Assembly: GCF_009914755.1 (NCBI RefSeq) | Contig: NC_060925.1 | Length of the DNA: 64,000 bases | Source of the DNA: the human T2T-CHM13v2.0 reference genome, Homo sapiens | Direction: 5' to 3' (one strand) | Part shown: piece after piece, positions 54,743 to 64,000 of the stretch | Numbering within the stretch: the stretch's first letter is position 1 | Layout: each line of letters opens with the position of its first letter | Notes under the pieces: generated by a model | What the model saw: only the letters and a program-made list of their open reading frames with translations | Told to the model about the DNA's origin: nothing | Databases searched by the model: none | Program-made: the position numbers and the translations under genes

Positions 54743-56729
54743 ATGGTATTGCCCAAGTATCATTAAAAGGCTGCTGCCTTTAGCAGTTCTCTGCAAATCT
54801 GATATGCTAAGTTCAAACAGAAAATGGGTAAAGGGTGATGAAGTGATCTTTTCTTAATCAAGGCTACTGCAGAGTCCAGTGATGAGAATCAGGCAGAGCA
54901 TCTCTTTTACGTATAGGTAATATAACTGCAACAATAAATAACACATTTATAGAAAAGTGAAAAAAGAGAAAAAAAAGATTATCCTGATTTATGTCAAACT
55001 CAGAAATTAGCAGTTTATTTCCCAGAACATTTAGTTTGCTTTCTTAACTATTATCTACTTAAACCATTTTGTAGAGACAATATGGAGATAAGGACATGGC
55101 CAGAGTTGTCAGACAGACCCAAGCCTAAAGCCTAGCATCACCACCAGCTATGTGACTTTGGACTAGTTGCTTCACATATCTGAACCTCAGTGTTCCCAAA
55201 TATAAAATGAGAACAATAACTGACTGCCAGCCTGCGTGTGTATGTGTGTGTGATAGTGTGACAAATAAAGTACTGTGAGTAAACCTAGCAGCTCAATGCC
55301 TAGCATTTGGAAAGTTAACAATAAATGGTAATTAGATTTGATACAGTACTTCACATTTTAAAGCTACACAACCTCTGGGATGACAATTCCATTAGCAAAG
55401 TTACTGGTTCAAAGGCACTTCCCTTCTTGTGACTTTCAGAACGTGCTCAAACCATTAGTTTTTCCAAGAGAAAATCTCCAGTATGTTATGGAAACACTAT
55501 AAAGAGGAATTTCCAGGAAAAATAAATAAATATAGGTACCATTAATAGATGTATATAGACTCATAAGAACCATAGACTGTTAGACCAGGAGGAAATACTG
55601 AAGATCATTTAGGTCTCATTTTATAAAATTTAGAAAAGCAAAATAACCTCTTCAAGGGCCCTAAGTAGTTAATGGTAATGTGAAGACAACCCATCAGTTT
55701 TAGAGATAGACCATAATCTACTACCTATAATTTGTCTCCATACTTTAGGATTATTATTTTCAAAGGGGTAAATGCAATTCCCAAAACAATAGCTAATTCT
55801 TAAGTTGTCTCTGTAAAAATTACAAAGACAATCCTTTTTCCTCTATGATAACTCATACTATTCACAGCCATCTGTGTACTCTGACTTTCAGAAACAGTTT
55901 CTCTCTCCAGGATGCTGCTCACTACATGAGAGGCACAGGGGATTGTAAGCGAGTGGCCAGTCCGTTTGTGGTTTACCATGTGCCAGATTCTGCCTATGCT
56001 TTCTCATTTAATCCTCACCCACAACCCTTTAAAATGCATGCTTTTATTTTCAATATTGTCCATATGGGTTAATTAAGGCTTATCGAGGTTAGGTAATTTG
56101 TTCAGGTTCACACTGCTACCAAGTAGGAAAGCAAGATTTAAAGCTATTCTGTCTGACTCCAGAGGCCACGGAGATATTGAGAGTTTCTTGACACCACAGA
56201 TTGCTAAATTCTTCCCTTATATCTTATATTCTGATGTCCAGGCTTCCCTGCCTAATCCATGAAAAATTATGCTGAATGCAAGACTTGGTTCTCTAGCTGG
56301 TTGATTGGAAATTATAGTCACATAAACCAAAAGAAGAAACCAGCCCAGAGTTTTGTGGTGATACAGCTGAGTAGCGGGTATGGATCACCCCTGGGCCTTG
56401 TGCTCCTGCAGATGGATGAATCAGGAGTGCAGCCTCTCTGGGGTGTAAACAGAACCACCCAACAGGAGGGCCCAATGTCCTGTGGGACCTGAACGGAATA
56501 AAAATGTTCAAATCTGTAAGGAAATGGCATTGCCCAAGTACCTTCAAACTGCCTTTAGCAGTTCTCTGCAAATTTCGTATGCTAAGTTCCAACAGAAAAT
56601 AGGCAGATGTGTGATGAAGTGATCTTTTCTTACTGAAGGCTACTGCAGAGCATAATGATGAGAGTCAGGCAGAGCATCTCTCTTATACATAGGTAACATC
56701 AATGCAACAATAAATAACACTTATATAGA
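54743..56729 (+). repeat. Dispersed direct duplication, ~210 bp (54743-54953 and 56524-56729)
   Basis: Long shared blocks, e.g. ctgcctttagcagttctctgcaaat, gtgatgaagtgatcttttctta, aaggctactgcagag, tcaggcagagcatctct. Confidence 0.95.
55965..56165 (-). mobile_element. MIR
   Basis: tctcatttaatcctcacccacaaccct...gaggttaggtaatttgttcaggttcacac...tctgactccaga. Confidence 0.7.
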
Positions 56730-59700
56730 GCTGTTCATTTGAAAAGGGGTACAGAAATTGAAATCAGAAATTCGCTTCCACCTCACATTAGCCATATAAC
56801 CTTGGGCTTCACAGTGACTCTGGATGAACTTTTGTGTCTTTTTATATGATGGAACTGGTTTCATTTACTTTTATTTATGGATTATTCTGTTATGTCTACC
56901 AAATAAGAATGTTTGGGACATGGATGGGAAAGATATAAAATGCAATGCAAATATCTGATATTGTTACTAATAACTAGCAGAATTTGAAAATAAGGTTTTA
57001 TTACATTTTTAAATGAATGTTCATAGACAATTTATTGAGATTGATACAAACCACTCAAGATCATTGCTGTCACTCAGTATTAAAGGAAAGCCCTCCTGTC
57101 CAGAGCCCATCACCCACCTCTAAGTGGTAGAATGTGGAGAAACTTTTAGACGTGATCCTTCCAAGCCCTGTGATTATACACCTTGGAAAATAAAAGTTGC
57201 TCAAACCCACATAGCTTACCCAAAACAAAAGGAAACTAGAGTTCATTTCTCTGGGGGTGCAGTCTGGTGCTTTTAAGGTTTTTACCTCTTTTCTATATTT
57301 TGATTATTAAAATATAATTTTTGTTTAAAATAATCTAAAAGAAATTTTCATGATTTTTTCCAGTGGTGTATAATGGACCAGACAGCATTTTGAAAGCATC
57401 ACAGGATGATCCAGATGAAAAGATAACTAACCATCAGAGCAGCTTTGAGAGGTAAGATCACAAATCAGCACCCAAAAATGACAATCATTAATTTTGTCAC
57501 TAAATGACATAACGATAAACAGTATGACTCTTTCCTTTTTTTCTGTGGTTATTCAAGAGGTAAGAAGGGGATCCCACCCTTAGTAAACTTCTGGGAAAAA
57601 AAAGAGACATAATGATGCATTTTTTCCCTCAAGTTTATTTATAATCCAAAGATGGTAATAAGCTTCTTAAGGGTGTTAATCACCCATGTTTCCTTCTTAA
57701 ACACTCTTATTTTTACTTCCACCCACAGGAAAAAAAAAAACTTTTTATAAATAAGATTAGTCACTGAATAAAAGGAGGTAACTAAGGCTAGTGATTGCTT
57801 AATTATTTCATGTGTTAAGAAACTTTAAATTACTCCAAGAGATTAAAAATTCATAACTGAACATTTTATGGTTGTAGACAAATTTTGGAGTTGGAAAATA
57901 CCTAAAGAGAGTCTCTCCTTCAATCTTTCACCTGAAGAAAATATAATCTCTATGAAATTCTACACAAAAAGCCATCTGGCAGCTACTAGAAAATATCTAG
58001 TAACAAGACTCTCCTTAATGGGACATGGGGACTAGCAGTTGGGAAGCTCATTTCATTTACGTACTGGGTATATATTTATGTAAAATAATAATTACTTAGA
58101 AATCTGACCCTCTATAACTTCTACCACTTGGTTGCGTTGCTGTATGCACCCACAGTATCCCACATAACTTCCTTCTCAGCATTTGTCTGTCTTTTTAAGT
58201 ATTATTATCTCACCCTTCAACTCAGAGAATGCACCTGTCTTGTTCCTCCCTCTTTCTCCAGCACCTAACATACTGCCTAGCAATCAATGCTTAATAAATA
58301 TTTCTTGATTCAGTGCATAACAGTTTAAGTAAATTTCCTAGAGATTTGCAGAATAAATCAAAGCATTTTTTCACATGACACCCTTTTTATGTTATATGAT
58401 ATTTAACAGATCTCTTTTCCAGAATCAAAAACCCCATATTTTGTGGCCACTTGTGACCTGACTGGTCCCAGAGCCTGCTCTGATGAAGTCATTGTCTCCA
58501 GAATATGACTTAGTCAAAATCCCCTTCAAGGTGTTACAAAGATTGAGAACAGAGGACTCCAGCAGAATACAGTGAAACTGTTATCTCCTGTAATTCCATC
58601 TCACTGCCAACAAATGCTGTTTATGCTTGTATCTCTTTCCTATTTAATCACATAATATTGTTTGGACTATATTGCATTAAGGTCCTATTCACTTTCACGT
58701 GAGTTTATTTGAAGGATGCTCTCCTCATTGTTTGAAACTAAATATAAGATTTGAACTTCTTCTTGCTAACTTTTTCAGTTTATATTTCATATTAATAAGA
58801 ACAGTGTTTATTCTTGATACTCTCATTTCACTCTCAAGATGCCCCTACCCTCCCACACATTAACCACAATGTTAGTGTCATACACACCCTGGAAAGGACT
58901 AGAATTGAAGGAAGTGATCATGCTGATAATACAGAACCAGAGTTTTTAAAATTTACCTGAAATTTTAGAGAAAATAGTCCCTATGTCCAGCATGAATGTG
59001 AGCACAGTTCTATGTATAGCAGCCTCAAGGTAATGACACAGACATGAATCATCTGACACAAATCAACACAAGTGGCAACTTCTGATAGTTTTGAAAAGTT
59101 AAAGCTTTTTTACAGATGATAGCCAAGTAAAGAGTTTTTTCAAATCTAAGCTATTTTTCCATTAAATCTGCATTACCTTTTTAATACCCACTTTTGTTCT
59201 AGATAGCCCAATAAGAATTCCCGATTAAAGCCAAAAACTTTCACTAACTCCTGTTCTCATTGCCTTTATCCAGTCTATTATTAAATCCTGTCGTGTCATT
59301 CTACAAAGTGTTGTAAGATTCTTCTTTATATTCTTGGCTTAATTTATTTAATAAACACTAATTAAGATCTTACCATGCATTTGTTATAGGGGTACAACAA
59401 ATCTATTTATACCCCCATCTCATTCCAGAAGGTAATGTAAGTGAATTATAAGGTTACAAAAAAAAGAAATGGAAGGAAGGAAGGAAGAAAGGAATACAAA
59501 TAGGAGCAACTGGCAAATGGGAGAAAAATAAGACAAAAGCCTAAAATGGACTCAAGAATGAGGTTTAAAATCCAACGCATGAAGATCTATAAATTTCCTT
59601 CAGCCGAAGCAAAGTTAACTTTACATTTTCAGACAGTCAAGGCAAAATGGAAAAACCTGATTAATTTCAAAATCAAAAGTGTTTCTAACATAAAACATAG

Positions 59701-62700
59701 AATTGCTCAGAAGTACCATTCTCCTTAGTCCAAAATGCAAAAAAAATGTTTTCCTTCAAAGGGTTTGTATAAAAACAATATCTTCCCTCTTAAAAAAAAT
59801 TGATACCCTGAGTTTCTAACTACTCTCCTATTTATTTCTCCTTGCACGCAGACACTCTCTTGAAAACAATAGTCTACCCTTGCTGATTTCATTTACTCAC
59901 TTCGTATTCATTTTTCAACTCACGGCATTGAAAGTCTCATCCTTATATCTTCTCTGAAACTGCCTGGCAAATGAAGTTAAGTGCTCCATAATTTCACACT
60001 AATATTTGCTACAAAATACTCTCATCTACTTCATGTATATCTGGTTTCTCTCTTTTTCAAGCTATCTTGCATGTTATAAGCCAGAACCATTTGCATTAAG
60101 AACTGACCTAATGTGGTTGCTCTTCTGCTCAAGGACCTACTGAATAGCAACCACATCAAGCCTGAACACTTTCTTCCACTTTCTAAGGTTTTCATGTTCA
60201 ACTCCCCACCATAATCTAACATATACTCTCAAGTTAAATCATGAGGAGTGGCACGTTTGACTCCTAATCCCTATATGTCCCCTATCTTTGAAGCCTCAGT
60301 ATGCCCATTCACATGTTCAGCCCAGTCTCTAGGCTCTGAACAACACTGTACTTGAAACAGGGGAATATGAACATTCTTCTGTTGATAATTTCACTGGCAG
60401 TATGTTGCTCTGGTCTTGCTGCTTGCTTATATTCCAGCCTTGTAACTGAGTAACTTTCATTTTTTTTCTTCTTACTAGTATCTCATACGGACTTAATTTA
60501 CTGAGTACCCAGGCACTGATACTAGGCCTTCACTAACTGAGCTCCACTAATTTGTTGCCCTCCTGACTGTCTGTTTATTGACTGTTGCTTCAAGCTCCAC
60601 TGATAGGTGGCCTTTTACCAACTGGCTTGTACTTGTTTTGGCCCCTTGATTAGAATTACCCACTTTCCTTTCTTCCAACAGTCAAACATCCTGGTTTCAC
60701 ATGCTGCCCAATGTGTTCACTTTCCAGATGACCTTGATTCCATGTCCTAGAGATGACCCGGACCAGAGCCCATTGATTGTAGCTCCTGAAGTTCTGCAGT
60801 CTGGCTCATCTTGTAAACAGACAAACCCAGCCTCCTCATTGTAAACTCCACAGAGGTGTTTATTCTACTCTCATGTATTTTGCTTGTTTGTTTGTTTTGT
60901 TTGCTGTCTTCCATTTTTAGAATGCTATACCTCTTTTCTCCAAAGCCAAATCGATCCTTCAAATCCCAGTTCAAGTCCCACTTCAAGAATATTCTAGTTT
61001 TTAACTAGTGCATCATCTCTGAACAATATAATAGCTCAAACCTGCACTATATAATGTTTTATCCTTCTCTACTCCCTCAACTTCAGGTATATAATGCAAT
61101 TGTTGCTAACAACTAGGTAGTTACAAAACATATATTTGATTCAAATATTAATTATATTTTAATACTCAGGAGACTTCAAAATAGGAAAGTTATGTGAGAC
61201 TTTTATAAAATAAATTACAAAGTATTGGACTATAAATTTAACCCCAAATAGATAGAGATAGATACACAGATAGATAGAGCACTTACATGATGCCAACCAT
61301 GTAGAACAATTTAGTCACAAGCTTTCAATCATCTTCCAACATAAATTTTATTCTGCTATTGAGGTATTTCTAGGGAATCTATGCTAAGAAGACCTAAAGA
61401 CATATTGGAAAGAGTCAAATGTCAATCATATAATGTAGGGAGGTTTTGGATGAACTGCTTTAGGCTATATTCTCTCTCAAGAGGTTACAATGCTTGTTCT
61501 AATATATGATGTTGTCAATTTCTTGTACATTTTTAAAAGTATAAAAGTATTTAGCATCGTATGCCCAAACCTGCAACGAACTATATTTAGTATTTTTTAT
61601 TAAAAATATAAACTATTAAAAAATTTTTGATGGATTAACAGAAAGGAACTATGTTTACAATACAAAATAAAAGGAGATAGCCAGACTAGATCTCTAGAAT
61701 CTATCTAGTTTTATAATTGTAAAATTCCAGGAAATACCAAATCATGCTGACAATAGATTCTTGAGATAAATTTCATTTCAATAATGTATAGATTGTATGC
61801 AAAGAAATGGACCTGGATAATGCTTTTTGATGGTTTCTAACTTTATTCCAAGTCTATAGTCTTTGTGAGTAGAGGACTAAATTGAATCTGGGCTCCACCA
61901 AGAAAAAAATAGGTGACCTAGGACAAGTCATTTAACTTCTTTAGTTTATTTACTTTATTTATTTAGTTTATTTATTTAGTTAGTTAGTTTATCTGTATTT
62001 ACTTATACAGATAACTATAATAAATGCCCTGTCTTCCTCAAGATCATATTATAAAAATTGTGTTAAAAAACTTATATCAAAATGCTTTACAAGTAATGTT
62101 TTACATAAAATTTAATTATTATGAATAAATAGAACCTTTAAAAACTAAATCTTTCAAGATTATATTCATTCAAATGGAAATAGCTAAATTTGTGCATGAA
62201 TATCAGATGACTTCTTCCTGCCTTGGTTACTAATGAATGGCCAAGCTTGTTTCTATAAATAAATGGGCACTGGCATATTTTTTAAAAAATACATGTGGCT
62301 CAAGATTAGACTTCTTCCGCTTTGTGGTATCACATGTCTGACCACAGCAACTATTTTAAATCATGGTCTATGCTTTTAATGACATCTAACTCCACACAAA
62401 GAGTCATCATTTTTATCTAGACGTGTGTGACGTGCTTGATTGCAATGTGTTTTTTTTTTGTGTGTGTGTGTTGTTGTTTTTCTCTTTATCATTTTAACAT
62501 GCATTTCTATAATACTTTGGTAATCTTGAAAACACTCAGGTCACCTTACAACATCAAGACAGGCATAGACCACTGTTTCCTTAAGTCTATAAAGTTTTGT
62601 TATAAAAATTGGGTAGCCAGCTGTTCTTGGCCTAACATTAATCTAATAAAAGTGTTTCCAAAGAAAGTTTATGGAATGAAAATTCATTGCTATTATTTTC

Positions 62701-62774
62701 AACTTTAATTGAATTTTTAAATAAAAACACTAAAAACTAAACAATAGTATTGAATACTACTATTGGAATTCATA

Positions 62775-62890
62775 GCTGGGCATGGCAGTGCATGCCTATA
62801 ATCCCAGCTACTCAGGATGCTGAGGCAGAAGGACTACTTGAGGCCAGAAGTTTGAGACTAGCCTGAGCAATATAGAAAATCCTGTCTTAC
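62775..62890 (+). mobile_element. Alu monomer (FLAM-like)
   Basis: gctgggcatggcagtgcatgcctataatcccagctactcagg...gtttgagactagcctgagcaatatag. Confidence 0.85.
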
Positions 62891-62900
62891 ATGAAATACA

Positions 62901-63032
62901 GAAAGAAAGAGAGACAGATGGAAGGAGGAAGGGAGGGAGGGGGAGAAAGAGAATGAGAGAAAGAGAGAGGAGAGAGGGAGGGAGGAGGAGGGAGGGGGAA
63001 AGAGAGAAAGAAAGAAAGACAGAAAGAAAGAA

Positions 63033-63103
<71 letters not shown>

Positions 63104-63407
63104 GGGAGGGAAGGAAGGAAGGAAATAGAGAGAAAGAAAGAAGAGGGAGGGAGGGAGGGAGGAATGAAGGAAGGAAGAAAGGAAAGTAGGAAGGAAAGAG
63201 AGAAAGAAAGAGAGAGAGAGAAAGAAAGAAAGAAAGAAAAAAGAAGGAGGGAGGAAGGAAGAAGGGAAGGAAGGAAGGAAGGGGGAAGGAAGGAAGGAGG
63301 GAAGGAGGGAAGGAAGGAAGGAGGGAAGGAGGGAAGGAAGGAGGGAAGGAGGGAAGGAAGGAAGGAGGGAAGGAAGGAAGGAGGGAAGGAAGGAAGGAAG
63401 GAAGGAG
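62901..63407. repeat. ~500-bp compound purine-rich STR (GAAA/GACA/GGAA/GGGA)
   Basis: Seen directly; begins where the Alu monomer's A tail would be. Confidence 0.97.
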
Positions 63408-64000
63408 CTGCAAAACGGCATGGACCAGAAACCTCTTAGTGGAGATCTCTGTATTGCTTGTCTATCTGGGTGGTGGGCATTCTGCCTACCCTAGACTCAG
63501 TCTCAAGCAGGGAGGCCAGTATTTTTCATACTGGAATTCCTACCTAGACTGTGTCTCTAATGGATGCATGTACTTTGCCACTTTAGTTACTTACTGTATT
63601 AATGAAGAAAATGTGACAAAGACTCATGAATATTTGGTCAGTTGTATTGGTTAAAAAGTCATTACTATTGTGGGTTTATGAGTTTTTGACAGTGTTTTAG
63701 AGTATTCAAAGGGTTTAACACATGCAGTGTATTGTCCCAGATAGAGCATCTACTTGAAGACAAACAGAGCTACATTCAAATCCTATCAACTTCTGCAACT
63801 TAATTATTTGTATTATCTTGGGGAAACAGATAATAATAGTGATAATAATAAAAATAGAGAGAAAGTGAGGAAAAAAGAAATAGAAATCAATCAGCAATAA
63901 ATACTAAAATAAAAATAATAGGGGTTAAAGGCATAGAGAATATGGACATGGAGAAGGTTTACATAAGTGTGTTCAGGGAAAGTCCCTGTGATGAGACAAT

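Noticed and set aside
62808-63439. Longest ORFs in the track (201 and 187 aa)
   Set aside because: Open only because the purine/pyrimidine STR lacks stop codons

Overview
AT-rich, CpG-poor primate (human-type) genomic DNA containing one complete protein-coding gene, RGS1 (Regulator of G-protein signalling 1; human 1q31.2, recognised from the spliced protein). It lies on the + strand with 5 coding exons (32988-36517, 209 aa), a TATA/Inr promoter carrying kB, RUNX and CRE/HRE motifs, and an AU-rich 3'UTR ending near 37220. The ORF track misses it because the exons are short; the listed ORFs I examined are repeat-derived or chance. The flanks are mostly interspersed repeats: Alus with TSDs, an old L1 interrupted by a near full-length Tigger1, an intact MST LTR-int-LTR element 4.4 kb upstream of RGS1, MLT/LTR16/MER/L2/MIR remnants and purine-rich STRs. 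I see no new multi-gene system. The unexplained structure is (i) a perfect 44-bp-arm palindrome at 2843-2937, (ii) a series of locally templated copies (an inverted ~225-bp copy inside Tigger1, direct copies at 40.1/44.1 kb, 46.9/47.4 kb and 54.7/56.5 kb, and a 44-bp tandem duplication), (iii) RGS1 isoform potential (18-nt leader with in-frame AUGs; last-intron read-through giving a predicted GAP-dead 169-aa form), and (iv) candidate enhancers. Repeat subfamily names are from memory of consensus sequences, old-repeat boundaries are approximate, and alignments were counted by hand.
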